Position numbers and translations under genes: made by a program. DNA of 64,000 nucleotides, from positions 405,126-469,125 of the forward strand of contig NMRA01000333.1 in the NCBI GenBank assembly GCA_002633005.1. Reading direction: 5' to 3'. Origin of the DNA: Phoronis australis. Taxonomy: Eukaryota > Animalia > Phoronida. The notes under the pieces were generated by a model that had not been told where the DNA came from, did no database searches, and saw nothing but the letters and a program-made list of their open reading frames with translations. Numbering within the stretch: the first letter of the stretch is position 1; each line of letters opens with the position of its first letter. Below are positions 11,947-25,621 of this stretch, piece by piece.

Positions 11947-14033
11947 AGGAGAATACCACCCAAAAAACAACCTATTTTGTATCCAATTAGATCGAGTAGT
12001 TCCACTAGATAACAGCAAGTACAGCTCTTTTACACCTGACAGCAGACTGAGGTGTTGAAATTAACCAATGACGTCAAAGGTTCAAATGCAATCTGGTCAG
12101 CAGCTCACAACACCCTTACTGGTGTAAGCTTATCGCAATAGTTTTGCACCAATAAATCCTCAAAATTTGATGTAAATCCCTTGCAAATACATTGAGTTAT
12201 TGAACAAACGTGTAGTTTTATTTCGCTGTTACGGATTTATAGGTATTTGAATGTACTGTAACCTACAAAGTTTGGTAGCTGGAAAATTTACCAAGGTCGG
12301 TCGCTGGAGTTTGGGGTCTGCTCGGTGATGAAGTCGAATTCTTCGTCCATAAACACAAACAGGAGAACATAGCTGTGTGTTGTAATTTTAAACTTGCGAT
12401 TTTTTTTTTCAATTCTAAACAAAAAACGCTTGTTATCCCGGCCAGTGGCTCAGAACGCGATCAGCCAGGCCTGTCATGGCCGGACTGAAGACATCACAAA
12501 CATAAAACCGCCAAAGTTGGAAACTAAACTTCCAGTCACGAAAAGACTATACTAGTGAGCCAAAGAAATAATGTGCACATGATTATTTTGGTGAGTTAGC
12601 CACGAAACAGCAAATCTTACTTACAAGCTCGTCGGGGGCCGCGAAGTCAGCTTACCCTTCTACAGAACTGTCAAGGCAAAAGTTGTATTGTACCAATGAT
12701 TCTAATGGATATCTAAATAATAAAAGATTCCCCTAAAATCTGACCATAGGATATAAACAACAGGTTTCTGTCAGCAAACACTGAATTAACATGCGCTCAC
12801 ACGACCTCGGTGCCCGGTCAATTAGTTTATTACATCTAAAGCCGGTATAGCAGTGATTCATTCATAGCTGGCTTCTCAAAACATTTGCACTCACGAACAA
12901 TCCTAAGCCATTATAAATTGTATCCAATGAGACTGACTTTGTTTCAGTTTTATATAAGCATTGGTTAGAGTGAGAATAATTCATTTTGAAACAGAGCGCA
13001 CAATAATAAATGTCAAAGTGGCAACACGCAATCCCGGCTTAGACGAGTGCTCATCCGACGAAAACTTCACAGGCCAATGTTACGTGTCACAGGCTATCAG
13101 TTCAAATAGGAATACACTAATCAAGAAGTACTAGAGAGGAGCCGTGAATGTGCACACGGAACCCATGGATAGTTCCGAAAACTGTTTGAATGACTCGTCA
13201 TGGCGTCAGTGAGCTAACTGCACGATAATGGAAACGACAGACGATTGTGTTTGCTGCCACGAAATTCCGCAAGTGAAACGCCTTCTTGGAGAAGTGCAGG
13301 TGTGTCTCACGGACCATCCTGATTTTGGACCGCATCTGAACAGAGGTATGCTTACGACGTTTTTTAGGCCTTGGAAAAAGCACTGGTGAAAATATTCTAC
13401 ATCCAGGACCAAACGAACGAGTCACTCATCAAACAGGTTATATAAAACATTATGTTCTCATACCTTGAATTCATTGAAAGTGTTTGTTTTCATGGCCAAC
13501 TACAATTCTCCATAATCAAAAACTGATCAACAACCGATCCAGTTTGCCTCTTGCCTGCCAAATCCAAACACACTAGGCACAACATCTGACTTCAGCCTCA
13601 GTCTCTTTTACTGCCCTGGCATGAGCTGTTTAGTAAGCGGGCATTCGATCGTCAGTGAAATCACTGTCGACGAAATGCCGGCCACAGACATGGAGACGTT
13701 TCACGGCCTCATACTTGCTATTAACAGCGTACTTTCCATTCTTCACTAGCGCGAGCCACTTCCGAAGAATAATGGGCTCCAAGGGAAATCGAAAAAACGA
13801 TATACCCTAGGCCTTTTCCTCGCAGCTTCATAGTTTGCACAAGTGGGAACGATACACCACACCATAGCGACACTCACTCTGCAGAAGAACCACTCACTTC
13901 GCTACGTCGTTTATCACCTTCCTCACAGGTTAAGACGACACCTCTCGGCAAGGTAAGATCGACTGTATACGAAGTGATATGGATATAGACCGATTAAGAT
14001 GGTAAAAAGACTAATTAAATCCAGTGGCATTCT
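11947..14033 (+). mobile_element. Internally deleted Kolobok DNA transposon (THAP + KolX remnants)
   Basis: TTAA flanks (11943-46, 14034-37); AGG-starting TIR aggagaataccacccaa. Minus-strand frameshifted THAP MVWCIVPTC..FP..RKWL..VCGRHF (~13865-13660). Plus-strand KolX/P2X7-C-terminus-like NCTIMETTDDCVCCHEIPQV..CLTDHPDF (~13200-13345). Confidence 0.85.
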
Positions 14034-14320
14034 TTAAGTAATAAGGAACTTCCAGTTCTTTACAAGACAGAAATCACACCACTGTAAACATTCAGGTTTA
14101 TGCTTTGGGAGCTTACATGGACAAGCCTAGAAACCACGGGTAGGCGCTTAACCCAGAGACGGAGCTTATATTGGAAATTTCTTAAGAAATTGGTGGTGGC
14201 CGCTTACTTAAACATGGTTATTTGACCAGAGCCAGGCAATTGCCCTAGCAACCTATGACCTTCAAAGCCCACAAAACCAACATTCAAACAATTTCCCACA
14301 AGGTACCAATTTGAACATTG

Positions 14321-14440
14321 AATAATCACTCTAACCAACATATTAATAATCACTCTAACCAACACATCAATAATCACTCTAACCAACATATCAATAATCA
14401 CTCTAACCAACATATTAATATTATTCTAACCAACATATTA
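14321..14440. repeat. 24-bp minisatellite, ~5 copies
   Basis: taatcactctaaccaacatat(t/c)aa. Confidence 0.9.
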
Positions 14441-14720
14441 AGTAATGGAACTTAACAAAGGAGTGTTGAGAGATGTCTGCCATTCTTTTGTCATCAAAGT
14501 CATTGAAGAAGCAAAGATAGGTAAATCTGAATGCAAATTCACTCCTTTTGTTCACACAATAGAATTTTGAAAATCTAAAGATTGAAAAACGACTGTCAAA
14601 GAACTTCCGCAACGCATTTGTATGCCATGGCAGAATGATGTACTGATGCACCGGAATGATGCAGTGCAAATTTCGTCGACCACACACTACGGGTAATTCA
14701 GTAGTGAGAGGGACACTCAC

Positions 14721-17700
14721 CTGGATGACAAAGTAACAGACACTCGTGTCCACAGTCAGGCTGCAGCTGTTGTCCACAGACTTGTCCACAGGAGTGAGGT
14801 ACTAGCCATGGATCAAACTTGGGGTCAAGAACTTTGCCACAGAAGCACATATAACGTGACGGGCAATCACTTTGCTTGTACTTGTAGCGACATTTTGGGC
14901 TGTAGCAAAGATATCAGAATACACCATTGATTGTACTTCTGCGTATTGGATATTCAAATGAATGCACCTCGACTCAAAATGATGGATAATTGTCGACATC
15001 TTGATAAGTCTGTCTCTTTGTCACAATATCAAACAGACAGAACCTTTATTATAGTCAAGAAATTGGTAGACTGCATTCTATGCAGACCAGGAACTGTGAT
15101 AAATTAACTTAATGAGCATCAGTCTAGTTACGCAATATATCGCTCAAACCATCGAGAAGCAGTGGGCCGATGATCCTGTAATGAGAATGCTTATCTGTTT
15201 TACTTTTAGACTGACAATATGTCAGGGAACAGCAACCTGTGTATCACAAATTGGTACAAATACACTAATGAAACCATGGTTACCACTCTTCATTGATATG
15301 CAAATTAGATAGTCAGCTGACTAAAGGAAGTAGTGAAATGCATAAGAACAACATAGCTTCACACCGTCATTTTTAAAATCTGGTAAAAAATTGACAATTT
15401 GTGAGAAACTTTGCAATACTTACCAAAGCCAGGGTATTTCCCTATTTGGGAAGTGTTCCTCCGACAGGGTGGTCTGCTGATAGACGCCATCCTTGACCCA
15501 CTTTTGGATGCAGGGTATGTGGAACATGCAATAGCAGCCACGACAGCTCCACACCTACAGTGAACAAGACTAGTAGGAGTCAGCTTTAAGCAATGTGTCA
15601 ATGAGTGCAGCCAAGACAAGGACAGCTCAGGTATACTTCAACCTTAAGGAATGCTAATCAAGTGGTGGCACCAACAAACCTGTCTGACTGTTAAATCTAA
15701 TGACAGAAGCCAACATTACTAAAAAGCCTCGTAACATCCAATCCTTTGGATCTACAAGCTTAATGTCTGCAAAGTACAATTTCGAGGCTCGGCAAATTTT
15801 TATTTGCCACAGTTTAGTCTAGAAGCACTCCCATTGACAAAACACATGACAGTGCGTAGACAATCAATATGACCTTTAATAGTTCTTTATCACCCGACAT
15901 AACATTAATAAGGTTCTGCATTTGGTGTAGAGGCTTCAGGATTATCTAGTGCCACCACTGGATCAAATGGTCCGGCCAGAATATTTATGGGCATGGTCAC
16001 GCTTGGTTCTTTAGTCCATCATTAACTAGGTATGAATCAATCTCAATGTGTCTCACTTGATGCACTACAGTTGCCTAAATCTTGCTTCTTTATGCCACTT
16101 TCCTGCAAACACAATGACCAAACAGAGAACAACAGGGCTTCAACTTCACAAACACAAAGATGTAGGAAACTGTCAAATTTTAGGCAGGCCCATGCAAAAT
16201 AAGAATTCATTAAAATTGTCTGAAGTAACAAGCGAACCATGTTTTAAATAAAAAATAAGATCAAAAGTGTTGGCTTCTTTCTTAAAGTCGTTGACCTTCA
16301 AGATCAAGGTACAATGCACCAACTTCAAACTGGAGGAATCAATCACGTCTGTGACAGAGAAACGTCAGAGAAGTGATGTTATTTTGAAACAACTTAGAGG
16401 AGAAGATGTCATTTGGTTGTAGAGAGTGCCCTGCAGACTTAATGCAACTAGTAAAATATACAATAAAAGCCGTCAGTCAGGTGTTTGCTTTCTAGCTTGA
16501 CTGAAACATATATGCATCAGTATAGTAATGCTCATAGCTTTTGAAGTTTAAAACTACCCAAAGAAAAGATTGTTTTTTGTGTCCGATGACACAATGTATT
16601 CTGTGTCCGATGACACAATGTATTCTGTGTCCGATGACACAATGTATTCTGTGTCCGATGACACAATGTATTCTGTGTCCAATGACACAATGTATTCTGT
16701 GTCCAATGACACAATGTATTCTGTGTCCAATGACACAATGTATTCTGTGTCCAATGACACAATGTATTCTGTGTCCAATGACACAATGTATTCTGTGTCC
16801 AATGACACAATGTATTCTGTGTCCAATGACACAATGTATTCTGTGTCTGATGACACAATGTATTCTGTGTCCAATGACACAATGTATTCTGTGTCTGATG
16901 ACACAATGTATTCTGTGTCCAATGACACAATGTATTCTGTGTCTGATGACACAATGTATTCTGTGTCCAATGACACAATGTATTCTGTGTCCAATGACAC
17001 AATGTATTCTGTGTCCGATGACACAATGTATTCTGTGTCCAATGACACAATGTATTCTGTGTCTGATGACACAATGTATTCTGTATCCGATGACACAATG
17101 TATTCTGTGTCCAATGACACAATGTATTCTGTGTCCGATGACACAATGTATTCTGCTAAGCATGTGGTTCTCAATGAAACTGACAGGATGACCACTACCG
17201 ACTGTTTTACAATAAGTAACTTATCATTGGATAACATTGTGAACATTCATTAAATGATTGGATCGTCAAAAATATGGCATCAAACTAAATTAATTCATTT
17301 TTGTTCAAAATAGGATTATACGTTTAAAGAAAAAAAATCATACAACATAGTTGCTAAAATAGAATTAAGGGTGGCAAAAACTCCAAAAGTGCTCTTTAAA
17401 TGACAATGGAATGGATATAATAATACATCTCTTTCCTGGCAAATTTCGTAAGTTCTAAGAGTCTATACGTATAACAGGACAGGATTTTTGACATACTTCT
17501 TTAACAGCTCAAACATTACTTACAGCCTCGTGTTTTTTCACTGTCTCAATACAAATGAGGCACACACTTGACTCGGTCTTGAATGAGTTCTGAATGAAAT
17601 TACTGGTCCGTCCTAGGTCAGCCCCATCACCTGAAAACACAGGACAAATGTTTCTAGTTAAAGACAGAATTTCATGCACATTACCATAAAAATCTCGTCA

Positions 17701-20673
17701 AAAATAACATCTCCATGTGCTACTTAGGTGGTTTATACTAGAAGGTTGCAGCCTAACTACAGCACATTTGCTAAGCCAACTATGACATTTAAACAGTTTT
17801 GTTCGTTTTATCACATCTATTTAATAAATTTAAATAAAATTGGCACACATTTTTTTAAACCATACTTGATAGCCACAATGGGAATTTTATTTTTATCTGA
17901 CAATTTCATTGCAGCAGTAGAATGAATGTTTATATATCACTGGTTCCATTGGAAAATTGGGTCATGGAAAATTGGGTCATGGAAAGTTGCCTATCGAGTC
18001 ATGAAAGGTTCTTGAAACAACTAGCTTTCTATCTCGTCTTGAGACCTTCGTCGGGTGGAATGGTGGGTAACTGCAGCCATGCTCGTCTTACATGACATGG
18101 CACAAGACAATGGGTCTTACATGACATGGCACAAGACAATGGGTCTTACATGACATGGCACAAGACAATGGGTCTTACATGACATGGCACAAGACAATGG
18201 TGATCATTTAACAAATACAGATGAGGCTCGAATTATCCGCCATTCTATCCAATAAAGGTCTCAAGACCAGACCAAAAGCTAGTGGTTTCAAAAAACTTTC
18301 ACGGCTGACGCTCGTCAGGTAACTTTCCATTACCTTTTATAGTAACTGTTGAGTCTTAGCCATATAATTGACTCGCCCAATTATTCAATGAGTATCAACG
18401 AAATATAGTGGACATCATTTAACAAAAATATTCCACATCAATGAAAGAGAAGTGACCATCATTTCACCCCATATCAAAAACACCAAAATACTCTTTTAGA
18501 CAGCGAGGTAATAAAATTATCGCAAAGCATTTAGTCACCTGCACTTCCAGAAAACAAGTGCTGTAAATTCTGAAGGATCTTGCCACAGTCCTGGCTCTCT
18601 TCTTCATCTTCAGATGATGATTGAATGTCATTGTTGGTCTCCAGGTGGCGCTTAACAGCTTCTTGATGCTTCTTACTGACATCGTGAAATCTTTGCTCGG
18701 CCAACTGAGCCATCTTACCAACTGCAGGTTCAAATCATTAGTTATGTAGAACAGCATCTCAAATGTCAACTTCATACTAACCCAATAACTATGAAACTAC
18801 TCAGGAAGGATGAATCTCAGTTGATAGCACATTTTCATTGTTTGGAATTGAGTGTTGAGAAGATCACTGTGTACTTGACCAGAAACAAACACAAAGACCA
18901 ATGATATTTGTTAGGATGCTCAGCTCCTTTGAGAAAGCACAGCAGCTGCAATAAAGTAAGCTATCAGAAATGAGAAAGTTTCTGCTATTGACTCATTATC
19001 AACAGTTTTTAGTTGAGATGTTTGATATCGCATCAACAAAGCAACACATCAATAAGATTTTGCCAAGCTTCTTTGAAAGTAAAATCTTTTTATTTACTGC
19101 AAATATACAATTTACAACACCATCTCTGGTTCTGTGGTATTTACCCACAATGCTACACACCTGGAGAGCACTCTCTCCACAGTTGGATACTGCTGCTATT
19201 CTAATTACTATTTGCAATATATGCATTTGTTTACTATTCGTTATTTTAATGCCAATAACATTTTACTGTTACACTCAGTCAGTAGCAAAAGAGATAAAAA
19301 ACTTCAAAGCTGAGTGAGGCATAGTAAATCACTCTTCACATGTTGAGTGATGCACAGTAAATCACTCTTCACACGTTGAGTGATGCACAGTAAATCACTC
19401 TTCACATGTTGACTCAGCTCAGAAAAGCTGCAGCAGCTCTACCTTTCAAAAATCAATTTGCACATTCAATGTGTTTTTCTACCTCTTCCAAATAGGAGAG
19501 TTTAATCCAGGGTGTAAACAATTACTACCAAGTGTGTCTACAGAAAACAAAGCAATTTTACTACTTGAGGTTCAGTTTGCACAACTACATTATGTGCCTA
19601 ACTCTCAATGCCACTAAAATTTGTGAATGATTATCTAGTAGCCACATTTTACATGTCTTGTACAAACCTACAGTGTGTAAACAGTGACTGTTTAAGACGG
19701 GATACGGGTACTCTGGAGCTAATCACTAGAAAACTACCATCAAACATGAATAAAATTCATTATGATTGGTTGGGGGAACATTCACAGATGGTATAGTGAG
19801 CAAGAGAATTTACTACGCGGGTGTGAAGGTACTAAAACAACAATGTTAATGGTTAGAACCCTCACAGAACAAGTTGTATGACCCAGAGATGAACTGTTCC
19901 GCAATGGGGTACTCAGGGGAAGCAATGCCGACTAATCACATGGTTCTGGTGATTGTTAGCGGCACCTAGATGTACCAGGATGGACTCCTTCACAGCTGGT
20001 GGTATAGGGGAATATAACTGTATTTGTGAAAATGCCCTATTACAGTGCATGTCATACGTTGTGATGTATTTTAAACAAAAATGAAACTGCCTCTTTGTTC
20101 TCTAGAGGTAACTAGTACCTAGTCACTGGAGACAACTAGTATCTGGTCACTAGAGACAACTAGTATCTGGTCACCACAGACAACTACTACCTGGTCACTA
20201 GAGACGACTAGTACCTGGTCACTAGAGACAACTAGTATCTGGTCACTAGAGACAACTAGCATCAGGTCACTAGAGACAACTAGTATCTGGTCACTAGAGG
20301 CAACTAGTATCTGGTCACTAGAGACAACTAGTATCTGGTCACTACAGACAACAAGTACCTGGTCACTACAGACAACTAGTATCTGGTCACTAGAGACAAC
20401 TAGTATCTGGTCACTAGAGACAACTAGTATCTGGTCACTAGAGGCAACTAGTATCTGGTCAGTAGAGACTAGTATCTGATCACATGATCAGTTGGCACGT
20501 TGCTACCTGAAAGTTTATCATTTGAATTCTATTCACAGCCCACCTGAATGCATTTTGGCTGGTTGGAGCCGCCCATTAAGGCCAGTGATGGGTACTGCTT
20601 GCTGCTGGTTAGAATTCTTGTGACCACGTCCACGACCTCGCCCTCCTCGAACATACAACGGCTGAGCACTCAT
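14721..20673 (-). CDS. NFXL1: NF-X1-type zinc finger protein NFXL1, 5' part; exons 20673-20544, 18721-18539, 17630-17524, 15554-15424, 14899-14721
   Basis: Phase-consistent GT-AG splicing gives [39 protein letters not shown]|[23 protein letters not shown]|[48 protein letters not shown], i.e. the NFXL1 RING and first NF-X1 finger. No further exon found in 1-14720. Confidence 0.9.
16577..17155. repeat. 24-bp minisatellite, ~24 copies (NFXL1 intron)
   Basis: tgtgtc(c/t)(a/g)atgacacaatgtattc; explains the repetitive ORFs at 16492-17253. Confidence 0.97.
17981..18328. mobile_element. Degenerate MITE with ~90-bp inverted arms enclosing a 29-bp x4 tandem repeat
   Basis: ggaaagttgcc..actagcttt..gtcttgagacctt vs aaggtctcaagac..aaagctagt..gtaactttcc; inner gtcttacatgacatggcacaagacaatgg x4 (18085-18200). 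Confidence 0.65.
19312..19412. repeat. 33-bp tandem repeat x3
   Basis: tgagtgatgcacagtaaatcactcttcacatgt. Confidence 0.85.
20102..20482. repeat. 24-bp minisatellite, ~15 copies
   Basis: ctagagacaactagtatctggtca. Confidence 0.95.
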
Positions 20674-21649
20674 GTTCAACAACTAGTGAACTTCGTGAAA
20701 TCTGAAGTGAGCAGCATATAACTCATGTGACCACAGAAAGTGTTGTGTAGTACAAGTCAGTACCCTAGCTTGGCTATCTCTACATTCTAATAGTGGTAAA
20801 AATTCTCTAGTTTGGGACAATCTCTAAAATTTGAGACATTGAAATTCAAGCCAAAATTGCAATGCATTTTTACCAACCAATTCCGAGATTAATAAAATTG
20901 TTGAAAATAGCTGCCAATACAAAATTTGTCTATCCCATGATTCTTTAATTTGGGACAATATTGATTATTTCTAAAATTTGGTACATGGCACACTTCTACT
21001 TGAGCAAAACAATTTAATTTTTCACGGCCCAAACTGGAGAATTTTTACTGTAAGCGAACTTTCTCTTGAGAACACCCATGCCAAGCCACTGTTAGTGTAT
21101 GCTAAACTGTGCAATCTGAAATGGAGGAGTAAAACAGGTGTGGGTGGAACCCCATTGTAAAATGCACACGGTTATGGTTTTCAAATTTAACACTAGGAGT
21201 CACCAGACACTAATTACGCTGTTGACTTGAATGAAGTTCCGGGGTGGGAACTGTTTGTGAAAGAATTATGGAGACAAAAACCACGAATGTGATCAGTTAC
21301 TGCTGTGCTTGATTTGCCGGCCTGCAGGTCGCCAGGACGATCTCAGATTATGTTTAGCGACCTGGGAAAATCTCAAGATGCAACTGGGAGTATCAAAGTC
21401 AGAAAATGATTCTCCTGAAAATCGTTTCAAAGTTCATGTTGACTTCCAAACTTTACTAAGATTTAATACCTGTGGTTCAAAAATGTTCCATATATTTTGT
21501 GAAATCAGTGCATTTGCCACTCTCAGCAGTAAGCACACATCAAACACAATCTTAAATTACAACAGGAAGTAAACAGACGAAAGTCGGATAAGTTTGTCAA
21601 CAATCGGTGAAACAGGGGCCTCACCGCGTCTCCAGTATATATATATATA

Positions 21650-22380
21650 TGATCATCTGCATTCTATCTTTGTTGGCAAAGGAATTGAGTAAAAGAATGA
21701 AGAATACAACATATATCTTATGAGTGGACTACATAATAATTATGTATTAAATAAAACAACAATGGATCAACTGAAATTTGCGAATATAATCACATCCTTT
21801 GTCAAAAGAAACAGAAATAAAGTAAAATCGAACACAATGTGACAAATGACATCTGCTATTTGGTTTAATGAACATGATAGATTCTTGCAGAAAAAATAAA
21901 GGATGTAATTTAAAAAGACTTTAAAATATGTTTAATCCATTAGGTTCAAGTGTGTTAAGCTTATCTATCCAAAATTGTTCTTTTGAGTTTGTGAAGGTTA
22001 CTGGGGTATTGGAGTTTATTTCTATTATTTGTACATGAAGATCTTGTATATTATGGTTTTTGGAATTGAAATAATTGCCTATAGTATCAGAAGTGTTTTT
22101 ATGTATTATCATGTTAAATCTATGATCCTTGAGAAACTGAGTTTGTAGATTATGTTGAGTTTGTCCTATGTATTGGATGGAACAATTTCTACATGTTATT
22201 CCTAGGTAAATGATATTGTTGGTGGTGCAGTCAGAACATTGTTACATTTCGAAGTTTTCATTGGTTTGAGAATGAGAAGATTGGAAGAAAGTATTGTCGT
22301 TGATAAAGTTACACATTTTGCATGATTTGTTTCTTGGGTGTTGCCAATAGGTTTGCCAGTTTGGTTATTATTGTCCATAT
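21650..22380 (-). mobile_element. Penelope-like retroelement 3' relic (GIY-YIG endonuclease)
   Basis: Disrupted frame CKMC...NIIYL.ITC..CSIQYIGQT...[31 protein letters not shown]. Confidence 0.8.
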
Positions 22381-22489
22381 TTGCCCTCACTAAAGAATTT
22401 TTTTAGGACTTTTACTTTCTCCAAGAAATTATAGGTGGATGAGGAAAAAGGTTTTTCATTTGAGGGGAAATATCCATGCTTAAATGGAA

Positions 22490-22645
22490 TTAGACACATC
22501 TTCAGAAAACATCTTTTTATTCTGCAATGGGAATGAAAAACAAAGGTGTCCTTGCTCATACATTTATACTTCAAAGGGTTCGCCTGCTTTGGTAAAGCAT
22601 TGGTGCACCCTACAACACAGCAGTGGAAATTTGCCAGCATTATAG
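22490..22645 (-). pseudogene. THAP-domain remnant of a DNA transposon
   Basis: MLANFHCCVVGCTN...FVFH(FP), frameshifted; typical THAP N-terminus. Confidence 0.5.
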
Positions 22646-23452
22646 CAGGAAAGGTGTTAAAACAATTTTGCAGGTTGAAACCTTCCATCCATATAACATA
22701 GGGTCTGTTGGTAGGGCTGAATGCCTGTCCACCAAAGACTTGATCATCGCGTGAATTCAATGATTTTCGTGAATTTCAATACTGCGCTGCTTTTTCAAAA
22801 GTCAGATATTGTCATCAACATCAGCTGGTTGGCCATGCTGGTGCAAAGCTGTAAACTAAATATACAGCTCTCCACTGATGTGGACATCAGCTGGTTGTCC
22901 ATGCTGGTGCAAAGCTGTATTACTTAAATACACCTCTGCACAGATGTGGATAACAAATGACCAAATAAAATCTGACACAAAAGTAGTATCATTAAAAACT
23001 GCTGTTAAAATTGTGATGCAATCTTTTGTGTCGGCTTTCGCCTTCGAAGCCATTAAATATTACGTCACATATTGGCCAGTTTCTTTTTCCCCCTATTCTT
23101 CAATCAACTGTTCTTCTCCACGAGTTTGCAAACATGTCATAACAACGTATTCGATCTGGGTCCATTTAGTATTGTAACAGGAATGATCTCATCTCTGTCA
23201 TTACGATGATACCTGTTGGTCATACCTTATATGGTCAGGGACCATGAAATCCAAGAACTTTAACTTGGTGACTTGTCATTGGCCCGGTTTGTCATGTGAC
23301 AGCCTCTATAAACAGTGGGCCACCTCATGGTTTCAGAGGTTAGGTCACTTTCTCTAGCGTCGTACAGATGCGACATTTCATTTACACCAAATTCAACCGA
23401 AGCGGAGCTCGCAGTTATGAATGCTTAAACCCAGTAAGGTTAAGTCCCTTAA

Positions 23453-24842
23453 GGTTATCCCCAACCTTATTCCCAAAAATTGGCCATTTTTCCAATATTT
23501 CACTTGTGCCTAGCAAAATACCTTATCTTCATTCTCGGGGAACTTCAAATACAAAAAATATATACCGCGTAGCGAGAAAAAAGATTTAGCAGAAGCACCT
23601 TGGAACCGCACGACCGCGTGGATGTTTGCTTACTACTTATCCAAGGTCAAAGGTTAAAGGGCTTTCAATTAAATTGAATCTCCCGCCAGGTACAGAACAG
23701 CTTCATATACCGTCAGTCCTTTCATTCACAAAGTCGCAATAACATTGAGCCAACGAGGTGTACTTATGATAGAATGGTGCTGGGAAAAACAAAAGACAAA
23801 ATGTCATTTTGATCCTAAGGGAGTTATGCGTCTACATGCATACGACCGATGGCATTGAAAACGAATGCTACGAGTCGCCTCAGGACTCTGTGGTCATGAA
23901 CACAGAAAGTTGTGAAAATAGATAAATCTTCATCCTAATTTCTTAATTCAATTAATAAGTTGACATTTTGATGTTTCGATCTCATGCTAACGACATATTT
24001 TAACCACCAATTCGATTTTTGTAATCCATTTCTTATCAGTCTCCCAGCACGTGACGTGTACAGGCTATGAACTGTGACCTACTTAGAAAGTAGGGCGCAA
24101 ACAACAGTAAAAGTTGGCTGGGAGCAATACATCTCTTTGAGGTTTTAATGATTAAGCACTGCAAAATCAGTTGACATTGCGAGTGAACGTTGAAATAGCT
24201 AACATAGTTAACGATTGTATAGGTTATGTGTACCGAAAACAAGTTTTCACTGAATAATTAACCGATAACTGAGATTTTCGCTTGTCCCAGACGGCTTTTT
24301 CTCGGCTTCGGCAAATCAACTTTATTTGAACTTAGGAACACTAGTTCTCAAAAACGGCTTGATAGATTTCGATGAAACTTTCCAAACTTAATATTTAGTC
24401 ATCAATCTCAAAAACGCTGTTAGGATTTTTGATATAAAGGCCTAGTTTTTGCCTAATGTGACGAAGACCAATAAGACTTCAATTTTTTACAAAAATACCT
24501 TACGTTTTGCGAGTTGATTTGTCATAGAAACCAAACAAACAGACTAACTATCAAAATTTCCTAACGGCGTTTTTGAGGTAACTGGTGAAGTTTTCATTTA
24601 AAAAAGGTTTCGTTAAAATCAACCGAGGGGTTATTTTGCTATGTGCCTTTCTTAAAAATGAAATTTTGACTTAAAAAAGGTTTTTACGTAAAAATAATAA
24701 TGGCACATAAATACAAAAAGTATATTTATATTTCCTGATCTTTATTCTTTCAGAAAATATATACTTTTACTAGTTGACAAAGCTTAGTTTTTTCTGATAT
24801 CCGAGTTAGAATGGGGGCCACTAAATAAGATTGGAGATAACC
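23453..24842. mobile_element. Non-autonomous TTAA-specific DNA transposon (Kolobok-type GG termini), 1390 bp
   Basis: TTAA at 23449-52 and 24843-46; TIRs ggttatccccaaccttatt / aataagattggagataacc (17/19 match). Confidence 0.85.
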
Positions 24843-25284
24843 TTAAACTTTCGAATATATCTCTAAATTCACACCTATTTACTCCAAAAGCAAGTGATCA
24901 TTCTCATAGTTCTCCCCACAAAACACTTACTAGGCTTAATTGTCTAACAAAACGCATCATCACAAACACACCTCACCGTATTTACACCCCACAACAAATA
25001 CCGACAGTGTTCAACAACGAAACTCAAGATTGCTTGTGAGTAAACGTACTAGCGACTGTACTGTTTTGTTTAGTTAATAAATGCTGCATACCATATACTA
25101 CAACTTGGCAATTGTTTCCTTTGAATTAAAAGTTCATTCGTTTTAATACAAAAATAGTTCACAAGTCCGGGCTCGATAACAAGATGCAACCAAGCGTCCC
25201 AATTACAGTTTAATACCAGCAAACCAAATTTCAATTTTTGCTGCTGCGAAGCTGTCATCATCTCCCGAGAGATGTTGCAAAACT

Positions 25285-25332
25285 TAGGGAAATGGCGCAC
25301 GCGCACGTCACGTGCACACCATTTTCAAAATG
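25285..25332. promoter_or_regulatory. Dense promoter-like motif cluster between divergent NFXL1 and UBE3A
   Basis: aaatggcg (YY1-like), gcgcacgcgca (NRF1-like) and gtcacgtg (USF/E-box) within 50 bp; could instead be TE-internal. Confidence 0.3.
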
Positions 25333-25621
25333 ACAACAGACCTTTCTTTAATACAAAAGATGAAGAATTGTGCAAGAAAATTATGTTTATTATTATTTGC
25401 CTGCAATGGGCAAGGGGCTTGGCAAGGTGAATGTAGGCTGACTTTTACATGTAGATTTTGCATGCCCCCCGCTTGTCATTAGCTTTATGTGTTGTTGTGA
25501 TGTTATAGTTTTCTATGACTTCATCCTTTTGTTGTGACATTATTCTTAATTCCTGTCAATACATTTTACATTTCTTTTATACGTTTCTGCTTCTTTCTAT
25601 TATAAAAATATATTCAGATTT

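Noticed and set aside
16492-17253. Five 200+ aa repetitive ORFs; CRISPR-like appearance
   Set aside because: Pure 24-bp tandem repeat with no unique spacers, in an NFXL1 intron; frames are open only because the unit lacks stops.
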